From Pseudomonadales bacterium (GTDB lineage Bacteria; Pseudomonadota; Gammaproteobacteria; Pseudomonadales; JAUIET01): a stretch of 52,228 bases of DNA. A program made the position numbers and the translations under genes. Location: assembly GCA_051008535.1 (NCBI GenBank), contig JBPCXM010000028.1, forward strand, positions 1 to 52,228, in the 5' to 3' direction. The notes beneath the pieces are model-generated. The model was not told the origin of the DNA. It saw nothing but the letters and a program-made list of their open reading frames with translations, and did no database searches. Below are positions 9,375 through 20,690 of the stretch, one piece after another. Position 1 is the first letter of the stretch, and the number at the start of each line of letters is the position of its first letter.

Positions 9375-9394
9375 TGGATAACTTGTTAGAAGAT

Positions 9395-10411
9395 ATGAAA
9401 GATATGCGAAAAAAATTGAATAAAGTTGTGCTTGTATTGATCGCCATACTGACTGCATTACAAGCACGAGCCTCTACCCAGACCGAAGACTTAACCCAGC
9501 GTGAAGATGTTAGTGCATTTATCGAACGCGTTAGTGCTACCAATAAATTAGACGCAGAAAAATTGCGCACCGTGCTTGCCGCCGCCCGCGTGCAGCAATC
9601 CATTCTGGAAGCGATCGCAAGGCCTGCAGAGAAAACCATGACCTGGGGCCGCTACCGCAAAATATTTATTAAACCGCAGCGTATAGATGGCGGTGTCAAG
9701 TTTAGCGAGCAATACGCCGAGCACTTGCAGCGCGCGGAGCATCAGTATGGTGTGCCGGCTAGCATGATTACCGCCATCATTGGGGTTGAAACGCTCTATG
9801 GAAAGCGCATGGGCAACTACCGAGTGGTTGACGCGCTGGCAACACTGGCGTTTGACTACCCGCCGCGCTCCAAATTTTTCACCAAAGAGCTTGAACATTT
9901 CCTGGTGCTGAGCCTCAGCAATCAGCTCGACCCTTTACAAGCCAAGGGCTCCTATGCCGGTGCCATGGGATATGGTCAATTCATGCCCAGCAGTTATCGC
10001 GCCTACGCGGTAGACTTCGACGACGACGGTCTGGCGGATATCTGGAATAATCCGGTCGACGCAATTGGCAGTGTTGCCAATTATTTTGCGCGCCATGGTT
10101 GGAAAGAGAATGGCGACGTCGTTCTTCCCGCACAGCTCAACGGCGAGACACTGGATGTCGAACTGTTAAACGCTTCGCTCAAACCGAGTGTGAAAGCCAA
10201 AAACTTGGCGGCCATAGGTCTTGCCGGCAAGAAAAAACTGAAGAGCAGCACGCTGGTTGCGCCATTCAAGTATGTCGGTGATGAAGGTGACGAATATTGG
10301 TTGGGTCTGCATAATTTTTATGTGATTACACGTTATAATCGCAGCCGCTTATACGCCATGGCGGTATACCAGTTGAGCCAGGCCATTGACGAACAAATGC
10401 AGGAAAGCTGA
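9395..10411 (+). CDS. mltB: lytic murein transglycosylase B
   Basis: MltB/SltB motifs (IIGVETLYG, GAMGYGQFMPSSY, YNRSRLYAMAV). Signal peptide after M26/M29 (MRKKLNKVVLVLIAILTALQARA). The start at 9395 or 9404 is uncertain; the ORF-track start at 9320 lies inside the repeat. Confidence 0.88.
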   Translation: MKDMRKKLNKVVLVLIAILTALQARASTQTEDLTQREDVSAFIERVSATNKLDAEKLRTVLAAARVQQSILEAIARPAEKTMTWGRYRKIFIKPQRIDGGVKFSEQYAEHLQRAEHQYGVPASMITAIIGVETLYGKRMGNYRVVDALATLAFDYPPRSKFFTKELEHFLVLSLSNQLDPLQAKGSYAGAMGYGQFMPSSYRAYAVDFDDDGLADIWNNPVDAIGSVANYFARHGWKENGDVVLPAQLNGETLDVELLNASLKPSVKAKNLAAIGLAGKKKLKSSTLVAPFKYVGDEGDEYWLGLHNFYVITRYNRSRLYAMAVYQLSQAIDEQMQES

Positions 10412-10440
10412 TGCTGACGCACACCACTTGCAGGGAGACG

Positions 10441-11256
10441 ATGTTCCGCACAGTTGTCACTTTCACCTGCGGCTTACTATTCGGCATAGCCGGCTGTAGC
10501 GTTAAGCAGCAGAAAGATGGCGCACCGGCTTCATCAGGTAGTTTGAATATTGGTGTGTCGGCCGCCTACGCCGAGGATGCCGTACCCCGCCTCGAACCAG
10601 TGACACGCAAGGGTAATACTAATCCCTATACAGTCTTCGGCAAGACCTATCATTTGCTACCCTCAAGCGAGGGTTATTCGGCGCAGGGCATGGCTTCATG
10701 GTACGGCACAAAATTCCACGGCAAGCAAACGTCGAATGGTGAAATTTATGACCTCAACCTGATGACGGCTGCGCACAAAACCCTGCCTATACCGTGCTAT
10801 GTGCGGGTAATCAACAGGCAGAACGGACGTTCTGCCATTGTGCGTGTCAACGACCGCGGCCCGTTTCATGGCGACCGTTTGATTGACTTATCTCACGCGG
10901 CAGCAGTTAAGCTTGGCTTTGCCGATCGTGGCACGGCGCCGGTTTTTATCGAGACCGTTATGCCTGATGTACCAGGCGCTACTCAAGATGCTGCCTTCGT
11001 GCCAGCGCCAAATTCCCACTGGTATCTACAGGCGGGTGCATTTCAAAATCAGAATGCCGCTACGGCGCTGGGTAAAAAACTGGCCGCGCGCACCGACTTG
11101 CCAGTTCAGGTGAAGAGTTCAGAGACTGCGAACGCGGTAATTTATCGCGTTAGGGTCGGTCCGGTGCAACAGGAGTCGGAACTGCATAGTCTGCAGCGAG
11201 ACCTGCAAGCAGCGCAATTGGGCGCGGCGATTATTGTTAGAGAAGTGTTGAATTGA
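10441..11256 (+). CDS. rlpA: septal ring lytic transglycosylase RlpA (DPBB plus SPOR domains), lipoprotein
   Basis: AGGGAG SD 5 nt before the ATG at 10441. Lipobox GIAGC. DPBB motif ASWYGTKFHGKQTSNGEIYD...VRVNDRGPF. C-terminal SPOR-like region. Confidence 0.9.
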   Translation: MFRTVVTFTCGLLFGIAGCSVKQQKDGAPASSGSLNIGVSAAYAEDAVPRLEPVTRKGNTNPYTVFGKTYHLLPSSEGYSAQGMASWYGTKFHGKQTSNGEIYDLNLMTAAHKTLPIPCYVRVINRQNGRSAIVRVNDRGPFHGDRLIDLSHAAAVKLGFADRGTAPVFIETVMPDVPGATQDAAFVPAPNSHWYLQAGAFQNQNAATALGKKLAARTDLPVQVKSSETANAVIYRVRVGPVQQESELHSLQRDLQAAQLGAAIIVREVLN

Positions 11257-11267
11257 TTCCCAAAAAA

Positions 11268-12455
11268 ATGATGAAAGTGAAAAACAAGAGCATGGTCAGC
11301 GCCTTCTTTGTTTTAATTTGCTGCCTGGTGCAACAATCGGCATTGGCGGTGATCAGCGTTACTCCATCGCCGCCCAAGGTGCATGCGAAGAGTTATCTAC
11401 TGGTTGACGCCGTCAGTGGTCAGGTGTTGGTGGAAGACAATGCCGATCAGGCCTTGCCGCCAGCCAGCTTGACGAAATTAATGACCAGTTACGTGTTGGC
11501 GTATGAGGTCGCACAAGGTAATGTCACGGAAGATGAGCTTACAACGGTCAGCAAGACTGCTTGGGCAAAGAATTTTCCCGGTTCCTCGTTGATGTGGCTA
11601 GAAGTCGACACGCAGGTGTCACTCAGCGATTTGCACAGGGGATTGGTGATATCCTCAGGTAACGATGCCAGCGTAGCCATTGCAGAACACCTCGCCGGCA
11701 CTGAAGAGGCTTTCGCCGACAGTATGAATAAACACGCCGAAGCGCTGGGAATGAGTGGCACGCATTATGTGAACTCACATGGATTGCCAGACAAGGACCA
11801 CTACACAACGGCGCGCGATCTTTCTGCATTGGCGAAGGCCATCATTACGTCTTTTCCTAAAGAATACGCGTTGTATCGTGAGCGTGAATTCACCTATAAC
11901 AGCATCAAGCAGCCGAATCGCAATCGCCTACTGTGGCGCGACAGTTCGGTAGACGGTTTAAAAACCGGCCACACCGAGGAGGCTGGTTACTGCCTTGTAG
12001 CGTCTGCCGAGCGGGGTGACATGCGTTTGATTTCGGTAGTGATGGGCGCCAGTTCAGAGGAGTCGCGCGCGCGTGAAACGCAGAAACTGTTGTCTTACGG
12101 ATTTCGGTTTTTTGAAACACATAAGCTATACGGCGACGACGAAAAAGTTTCCAACGCGAGGGTGTGGGGTGGCACGATCGAGCAAGTGCCACTAGGAGTG
12201 CAGGAGGATATTTACCTCACCCTGCCTAAAGGCAAACACAGTGATCTGCAAGTGAATTTCGTAATCGACGAGGAAATTCGTGCGCCGGTGCAAGCCAACG
12301 AACGCTACGGCACCATGGTTGTTGCGCTGGGGGATAAAACCCTCAGCGAGAAGCCGCTGGTAGCGCTTGAGAGTATTGGTCAATCTGGCTTTTTCGCGCG
12401 TAGCTGGGATACGATAGTCATGCACACTAAAGGCCTTATCGCTTCTATGTTTTAG
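11268..12455 (+). CDS. dacA: D-alanyl-D-alanine carboxypeptidase (PBP5/6 family)
   Basis: SLTKLMT (SxxK), SGN and KTGHT motifs with a signal peptide. Conserved rlpA-dacA-ybeD-lipB order. Start uncertain (11253 TTG, 11268 or 11271 ATG). Confidence 0.9.
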   Translation: MMKVKNKSMVSAFFVLICCLVQQSALAVISVTPSPPKVHAKSYLLVDAVSGQVLVEDNADQALPPASLTKLMTSYVLAYEVAQGNVTEDELTTVSKTAWAKNFPGSSLMWLEVDTQVSLSDLHRGLVISSGNDASVAIAEHLAGTEEAFADSMNKHAEALGMSGTHYVNSHGLPDKDHYTTARDLSALAKAIITSFPKEYALYREREFTYNSIKQPNRNRLLWRDSSVDGLKTGHTEEAGYCLVASAERGDMRLISVVMGASSEESRARETQKLLSYGFRFFETHKLYGDDEKVSNARVWGGTIEQVPLGVQEDIYLTLPKGKHSDLQVNFVIDEEIRAPVQANERYGTMVVALGDKTLSEKPLVALESIGQSGFFARSWDTIVMHTKGLIASMF

Positions 12456-12479
12456 GACCAGCAGGCTAACGAGGCCAAA

Positions 12480-12740
12480 ATGGAGCCACCACGCATAGAG
12501 TTTCCCTGCGACTACCCTATTAAGGTATTGGGTGAAGCCTCAGCCGGATTCGAGGATATGGTGGTACAGATTATGCATAAGCATGATCCAGAATTTGATC
12601 CAGCTACCATCACACAATCAAATAGCCGCAACGGCAACTACATTTCGATAAGAGTCATTATTTGCGCTACCGGTGAAGCTCAGCTGCAGGCGCTGTTTAC
12701 CGAGCTGAAACAAACCGGCCGGGTAAAGATGGTATTGTGA
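12480..12740 (+). CDS. ybeD: YbeD/DUF493 family protein
   Basis: 86 aa, [13 protein letters not shown] signature, located between dacA and lipB. Confidence 0.9.
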   Translation: MEPPRIEFPCDYPIKVLGEASAGFEDMVVQIMHKHDPEFDPATITQSNSRNGNYISIRVIICATGEAQLQALFTELKQTGRVKMVL

Positions 12741-13372
12741 ACGCCGTAACAATGCCTAACGAAAAAATGCGGGTGCGTGATCTTGGCTTGCAGCCCTATG
12801 AACCGTTGTGGCAAGCGATGCGCAAGTTCACGCTAACGCGCCAACCCGACACGGCTGATGAGCTGTGGCTACTGCAACACGAAGCCGTTTATACGCTTGG
12901 TCAGGCCGGCGATCCGCAGCATGTGCTCGCCGCCGGTGACATTCCAATCGTAAAAACAGATCGCGGTGGCCAGGTTACCTATCACGGTCCCGGGCAGTTG
13001 GTGGCCTACCTGTTGCTCGATCTGCGTCGCCACAAATTGGGAGTGCGGCAACTGGTAACACTTATCGAGCAAAGCCTGATAAATCTGCTAAAAAACTATT
13101 CTATCGATGCAGTGGCGCATCCAGACGCGCCAGGCGTTTACGTCGCCGGAGAAAAGATCGCAGCTCTGGGTTTGCGCATTAAGAAAGGTTGTTCCTATCA
13201 CGGCTTAAGTCTAAATGTAGCGATGGATCTGGAACCGTTTAGTCGCATCAATCCCTGCGGTTTTGAAGATCTTGCGGTTACCAGCATGCAAGCCATGCTG
13301 CCAGGACAGCAGCTAGAGATGGCTGCGGTGCAGTCGCAGTTATGCGATGCAATCATGCGTCAGTTACGCTAG
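12737..13372 (+). CDS. lipB: octanoyltransferase (lipoyl(octanoyl) transferase)
   Basis: 211 aa, LipB motifs ([39 protein letters not shown]). 4-nt overlap with ybeD. Confidence 0.94.
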   Translation: MNAVTMPNEKMRVRDLGLQPYEPLWQAMRKFTLTRQPDTADELWLLQHEAVYTLGQAGDPQHVLAAGDIPIVKTDRGGQVTYHGPGQLVAYLLLDLRRHKLGVRQLVTLIEQSLINLLKNYSIDAVAHPDAPGVYVAGEKIAALGLRIKKGCSYHGLSLNVAMDLEPFSRINPCGFEDLAVTSMQAMLPGQQLEMAAVQSQLCDAIMRQLR

Positions 13373-13485
13373 CCGCGGCCGATCAGGTATTAATCCGCAA
13401 CGAACAAATCGCCCCAGCCTCTTCTGGGTCGGCGTTCATCGCACGCACGTGGGAGCGCCAAGCCCCTAATCATCTACCATTTCTA

Positions 13486-13959
13486 TTAGAAGTACTTTTC
13501 CTTCCCAACTCTTAACCACCCGCCAGGCTCGCGCCGTTGCGGATCGTGATGCGTCCAGTGGATGACGCCGCCTTTTTCATTCCACTCGTAGCGGCCCTTG
13601 ATATAAATTGTCATACCGTGACTCAAAGGAGCGCGTGGTGCGAGATCGATGTTGTGCGCAACTAACAAACTAGGTAGGCCAGCCCGTTCCACCAAAAAGC
13701 GTTGGTGCCGGTCGCCGTAGTTGTCATCCTCAAGTTCCTTGCGTAATTTGAATTGTGTTTCTGCAAACCAGACTTCGGAGCGTTGTTGTGCTACTGCCTG
13801 CTTGAGGGTTTCAAAGCCATCCTGCGATTGCTTGATGCCAGGTGCTTTGGTGGGAGAACTATTATCAGCTTGCTCGAAGTAGCGCAGCAATAATGCACCG
13901 CCGATAAGAACAGCAAGCGCTAGCCAGTTTGTTTTGCGTAATTTTCTAAGACTTAGCAT
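13486..13959 (-). CDS. DUF3465 family membrane-anchored protein
   Basis: C-terminal pattern DRHQRFLV...VAHNIDLAPR...YEWNEKGGVIHWTHHDP matches my recollection of DUF3465. An N-terminal TM follows the ATG at 13959, which overlaps the holA stop (ATGCTAA). The ORF-track start at 14013 would overlap holA by 61 nt. Confidence 0.7.
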   Translation of the reverse strand: MLSLRKLRKTNWLALAVLIGGALLLRYFEQADNSSPTKAPGIKQSQDGFETLKQAVAQQRSEVWFAETQFKLRKELEDDNYGDRHQRFLVERAGLPSLLVAHNIDLAPRAPLSHGMTIYIKGRYEWNEKGGVIHWTHHDPQRREPGGWLRVGKEKYF

Positions 13960-14972
13960 TGAGCCAACTGCTGACCGGACAGCGAAGCGCATAGTGATGA
14001 CAGTTCGTCCCAAACATTCGCCTTGCGCATTCCTTTGGCTGCTTGATCGATCGCGCCGGCCAATAGTAACAACTCTTGCATCTGCTGTGACGTGGAGTTT
14101 TGCAGTGCCCTTTTAACCAGAGGAGTACGATTCTTCCATACATTCATGTTTCGCATGGCTTGCTCTACTGACATGCCTTCCTGCATTGCATAATGGATGG
14201 CCAGCAGCAGACGTATCTCCTTGGCAAAGACCCACAGCACAGCGAGGGTGTCCACCCCTTCGCCGCGTAAACCGGCTAGCATGCGCTGCGCGTCGGCGGC
14301 CCTGCCTTGCAAGCAGGCGTCGAGTAAATTGAATACACTATAGCGTGCGCTATCGCCAATCGCTTGCCTGACGGTATCGATACCGAGGTGCTGCCCGGTA
14401 ACACTCAGCGCCAGCTTGTCGATTTCCTGTGCGGCAGCGAGCAGGTTGCCCTCAACTTTCTCCGTCAACAGCAACACCGCGTCGCGGTCGGCTGTTAGGC
14501 CGCGTTGTTGCAAGCGCTGATTTATCCAACGCGGTAATTGGTGCGCTTCAATTGGCCACAGGCGACAGATGCAAGCGTTGCCGTCCAGCACCTTCATCCA
14601 TTTAGACCGCATGGCGCTAGCGTCGAGCTTGCCGAATACTAATAATAAGATGATGTCGGAAGGTAGCGTAGCCGCGTACTCTTGCAGTGCCTTGCTGCCT
14701 TTGTCACCAGGCTTGGCGCTAGGTAGGCGCAGCTCCAATAGTTTTTTTTCGGCGAATAGCGACGGGTTTTGAGTTTCTAATAGCAAGTCATTCCAATCGA
14801 ACTTATTGTCGGCTTGCAGTAATTGGCGCTCGATAAAACCTTGTTCACGTGCCGCACAGCGCACGGAGTCTGCGGCTTCTTGTAACAAAAAAGGTTCGTC
14901 TGAACTCAATAGGTAAATTGGCGCGAGGGCTTTCTTTAGCTGCGCATCAAGTTGCTCAGGACGGATTTGCAC
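13953..14972 (-). CDS. holA: DNA polymerase III subunit delta
   Basis: GTG start. The N-terminus MQIRPEQLDAQLKKALAPIYLLSSDEPFLLQE is colinear with E. coli HolA. 339 aa. Conserved leuS-lptE-holA order. Confidence 0.92.
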   Translation of the reverse strand: MQIRPEQLDAQLKKALAPIYLLSSDEPFLLQEAADSVRCAAREQGFIERQLLQADNKFDWNDLLLETQNPSLFAEKKLLELRLPSAKPGDKGSKALQEYAATLPSDIILLLVFGKLDASAMRSKWMKVLDGNACICRLWPIEAHQLPRWINQRLQQRGLTADRDAVLLLTEKVEGNLLAAAQEIDKLALSVTGQHLGIDTVRQAIGDSARYSVFNLLDACLQGRAADAQRMLAGLRGEGVDTLAVLWVFAKEIRLLLAIHYAMQEGMSVEQAMRNMNVWKNRTPLVKRALQNSTSQQMQELLLLAGAIDQAAKGMRKANVWDELSSLCASLSGQQLAQC

Positions 14973-14977
14973 TGGTA

Positions 14978-14984
14978 CTCCTTC
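14978..14984 (-). promoter_or_regulatory. Shine-Dalgarno of holA, embedded in the terminal stem of the family-1 repeat
   Basis: The minus strand reads GAAGGAG TACCA GTG, a consensus-like SD 5 nt from the holA start. The same 7 nt belong to stem arm 14975-15000. Confidence 0.7.
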
Positions 14985-15110
14985 GAGGTGTAATTGTCGC
15001 GTTCAGCGTTAAGCAGGTCGTTCTCTGCTAGACGCGCTGGTGCAGGCATAGTGAGTCATACGTCAAGCCAGTGCAACACCGCAGAGGGCGGCCCGCTTAG
15101 CGCCCTGCGG

Positions 15111-15211
15111 GTCAGTCCAAAAGCGAACCATTGCTTCGTTGTTTCCTCTCGTCGTAGGGCATTACTATGCCTTCGAAATAACGCCTCGCACTGGACCGCT
15201 TTTGGACTGAC
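15111..15211. repeat. family-2 element, copy 2 (101 bp), nested inside family-1 copy 2
   Basis: 15111-15125 GTCAGTCCAAAAGCG is the perfect reverse complement of 15197-15211. The interior shares TGCTTCGTTG with 51897-51906, and TTCGAAATA and CGCCTCGCAC with copy 1. Removing it gives a 167-bp family-1 element, close to the 162 bp of copy 1. Confidence 0.75.
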
Positions 15212-15241
15212 TGAACACGACAATAACACCTGGAAGGAGTA

Positions 15242-15819
15242 CTAACCCTTTTCGGCCTGCTGGTTTTGAAGCTGTTCGAGCCGGTCGGCGTCCAGTGCTT
15301 GATAACGGCGCATGATTTGTGCCGCCAGCTGGCGCCGCATTTCTTCGCGAATCAGACGTTCCTCATCGCGCTTGCCTACCACATTGGTAATATCGTTAAG
15401 GAAAACCCGTTCGCTAATCAGCTGATCTGGGCCAACCAAGGCAGAACCTTGCGGGTCGCGCAGTTCGAAACTGACATAATGGCGTAGTTGAAATTCTGCT
15501 GCTGCGGCTTGCTGGTCAATCGAGATGGAGCGTTTTTCTTCGTGTTCATTGCTGATATACACGGTATACGGCGCGGTTTGTGCCGAACTGGACAGTTCAA
15601 CTCCGGACGCCCGCATGGATCGCTGCAGATTCATAACAATCGGGCTGTGCGGGTTCTCACCAGTGACAAACACGTTGCGCAAACTCTCGGGTACGTCCAC
15701 AGAGCCGCGCAGATGAAAGCCACAAGCTCCGAGAAAGGCGCTAGTAAGCACAACAAGTAACACGGTAGCCAACCGCACTATGGCCGCTTCAGGCGCTTTT
15801 ACAGATCTGAACATTCTCA

Positions 15820-15820
<1 letters not shown>
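15242..15820 (-). CDS. lptE: LPS assembly lipoprotein LptE
   Basis: Lipobox LGAC followed by GFHLRG; 192 aa. Its ATG overlaps the leuS stop (TAATG). Confidence 0.9.
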
Positions 15821-18315
<2,495 letters not shown>

Positions 18316-18334
18316 TTAAGGCGCTTGCTACGCA

Positions 18335-19816
18335 CTAGTCTGATTTGCGCTTGCGTAGCAGCAAAGGCAGCACGATGCAGACTGCGCAAAAAAGTAGCAG
18401 CCCGCTATTACCAAAGCGGGCGTAAGGCGTCTTGCCGCTATAGAGTTGAATTGTGCCTGCTATAACCTCCTGCTCGAACTGCTTCGTCCGCGCGTTGATC
18501 GAGCCGTCTGCATCAATCAAGGCCGATACCCCGTTATTAGTGCCACGAATCATCGCACGACCGAATTCTAATGCGCGCATGCGCGCCATTTGCAGATGTT
18601 GCAATGGCCCTATCGACGCGCCAAACCAGGTATCGTTACTAATAGTAAGCAGAAAGTCGGGCAGAGGCTTGTCGCCAGTCTGCAGCAAGGCGGGGTACAC
18701 CACTTCGTAACAGATAAACGGCGCAACGCTTAAACCATTCGCTTGTAGGTAAGCTTGTTCACCAGGCCCAGGGGTGAAATGGGAGGTTGGTAAGTCAAAG
18801 AAGTCGATCAGACCGCGCAGCACGTTTTCCAGCGGTACATATTCCCCAAAAGGCACCAGGCGACGCTTGAAATAAATACCGCTACCACTGCCAAGGGCGA
18901 CAATGCTGTTGTGATAACTTATATCAGCATTTCTATACGGAATGCCGGTAAAAAACGCGCTGTTGTGTTCTCGCGCCCGCTTGTCCAGTCGATCAATAAT
19001 CGGCTTCGCATTCGCATATAGCATGGGTATCGCGGCTTCCGGCCAAACGACTACCTGCTTGCCCCATAACTCCTCTGTCAGTTTCTCCTGTAGTTTAATA
19101 TGGCCTGGAATTTTCGCTGGCTGCCATTTCTCATCCTGGGCGATGTTAGCCTGTACGAGGCCAACCGTGACTTCGTGGTTGAGTGGCTGTACCCAGTCAA
19201 TCGTGTTTAGCAGCGGGCCCAATAACCATGCCGCCAACCCAGGCACCAATAACCAGTAGCTTCTTTTGTAGTGCAACAATAGAAAAACGCAAACCGCCGA
19301 CAGGGCCAACAGGTAACTAATTCCAAATACGCCGAGCAATGGCGCCCACCCATGTAACGGGCCGTCGATTTGTGCATAGCCGATAAACAGCCATGGGAAG
19401 CCTGATAGCAACCAGGTGCGCAGCCATTCGCCAAGCACCCACAGTGCAGGAAACACCATCAGGCTAATATAGTCGTCGTTACTCAATATGCGCCGATAGA
19501 CATAGCAGAGCAAGGCACTAAGCAAAGCCAGACCAAGGCAAAACAGTAGCGTAAGCAACACAGCAAGCGGTGCGGGCGCATTGCCGTAGTGGTAAATGCT
19601 GATGTAAACCCACGATGCGCCGCTGCCAAACATCCCCACGCCGAAAAACCAGCCGCGTGTAAAGGCCGATCGAGGGTTACAGTTGACCAGCAAAAATAGT
19701 AGCGCTACAAGCGATGCTACTCCCGCAGAACCGATGTCAAAGGGAGCTAGGCTCAGCGTAATCAGTGTTCCAGCAAATACGGCCAGCAGGTTTTGCAGCC
19801 AGGGCTTATTGAGCAT
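18335..19816 (-). CDS. lnt: apolipoprotein N-acyltransferase
   Basis: 493 aa with N-terminal multi-TM region and a CN-hydrolase domain (VVWPEAA, PFICYEVVY). Confidence 0.93.
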   Translation of the reverse strand: MLNKPWLQNLLAVFAGTLITLSLAPFDIGSAGVASLVALLFLLVNCNPRSAFTRGWFFGVGMFGSGASWVYISIYHYGNAPAPLAVLLTLLFCLGLALLSALLCYVYRRILSNDDYISLMVFPALWVLGEWLRTWLLSGFPWLFIGYAQIDGPLHGWAPLLGVFGISYLLALSAVCVFLLLHYKRSYWLLVPGLAAWLLGPLLNTIDWVQPLNHEVTVGLVQANIAQDEKWQPAKIPGHIKLQEKLTEELWGKQVVVWPEAAIPMLYANAKPIIDRLDKRAREHNSAFFTGIPYRNADISYHNSIVALGSGSGIYFKRRLVPFGEYVPLENVLRGLIDFFDLPTSHFTPGPGEQAYLQANGLSVAPFICYEVVYPALLQTGDKPLPDFLLTISNDTWFGASIGPLQHLQMARMRALEFGRAMIRGTNNGVSALIDADGSINARTKQFEQEVIAGTIQLYSGKTPYARFGNSGLLLFCAVCIVLPLLLRKRKSD

Positions 19817-19824
19817 TCGGGGGA

Positions 19825-20667
19825 TTACGCGGCTGGGGCGAGCGTCATGCGCAGCAAATGAATCTGCCGGCTATCGGCATTGATAACGCGAAATTTAAAA
19901 CCATTGATTATGGTGAACTCATTCGGTTTCGGCAGGTAGCCAAATTTCTGCATCAGTATACCGCCGATCGTATCGAAGTCGTCTTCGCTGAAGTCAGCCT
20001 TGAATTCCCGATTGAAGGCCTCTATGGGGGTTAAGGCCTTGATGAGATAGTCGTACTCGGCGACTTTGCTAATAAAATTTTCGGCCGTCGGGTCAGTTTC
20101 GTCTTCAATTTCACCGACAATTTCCTCAAGCACATCTTCAATGGTTACCAGGCCGGACACACTACCGTACTCGTCTAACACGATAGCCATGTGGTTGCGG
20201 GTTTGGCGAAATTCGCGCAGTAAAACATTTAAGCGTTTGCTTTCCGGCACAAAGGTAACGGTTCTGATCAACTTGCGCAGGTCGAGTTCTTCCTTGTTGA
20301 GAATGTGTGGCAACAAGTCTTTAGCCAACAATATACCCAGCACCTCGTCGGGTGTTTCGCCAACAACGGGGAAGCGTGAGTGGGCTGACTCAATAATTTT
20401 AGGCATGAATTGGTCGACTCTTTCGTCGACATTGACCACTACCATTTGTGATGAAGAGATAAGAATGTCACGCACTTGTTTGTCGGCAACTTGCAATGCG
20501 CCTTCGAGAATTCCCAGCGCTTCGTTGTCAATCACATCGTTGTGATTGGCGACTTTAAGTACATCCAAAAGATCTCGACGGTTTTTCGGTTCGCTGTTAA
20601 AAAGCTGCGTAATTTTTTCCAACCAGTTGCGGTCGTCGGAATCGCTGCTAGATCGATCGTCGTTCAT
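19825..20667 (-). CDS. corC: magnesium/cobalt efflux-associated CBS-domain protein CorC/YbeX
   Basis: 280 aa with a CBS pair plus a CorC_HlyC C-terminal domain. Conserved ybeZ-ybeY-corC-lnt order. Confidence 0.92.
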   Translation of the reverse strand: MNDDRSSSDSDDRNWLEKITQLFNSEPKNRRDLLDVLKVANHNDVIDNEALGILEGALQVADKQVRDILISSSQMVVVNVDERVDQFMPKIIESAHSRFPVVGETPDEVLGILLAKDLLPHILNKEELDLRKLIRTVTFVPESKRLNVLLREFRQTRNHMAIVLDEYGSVSGLVTIEDVLEEIVGEIEDETDPTAENFISKVAEYDYLIKALTPIEAFNREFKADFSEDDFDTIGGILMQKFGYLPKPNEFTIINGFKFRVINADSRQIHLLRMTLAPAA

Positions 20668-20690
20668 TATTTTGTTATATCTCCTGCGAG

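Larger units (their letters stand above)
14975..15242. repeat. family-1 intergenic palindromic element, copy 2 (268 bp including a nested family-2 element), filling the lptE-holA junction
   Basis: Terminal arms 14975-15000 and 15217-15242 are complementary at 23 of 26 positions. The core 15001-15110 is homologous to the reverse complement of 7551-7660. An inner stem, 15006-15028 with 15081-15103, has 18 Watson-Crick and 4 G-T pairs on the plus strand. Confidence 0.8.

Noticed and set aside
9320-9394. N-terminal extensions of mltB (from 9320) and of the RND adaptor (30258-30356) offered by the ORF track
   Set aside because: Both extensions lie inside family-3 repeat copies, but the repeat is read in different frames in the two genes. 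Both proteins have a proper internal Met followed by a signal peptide or TM. The conservation is at nucleotide and structure level, not coding.
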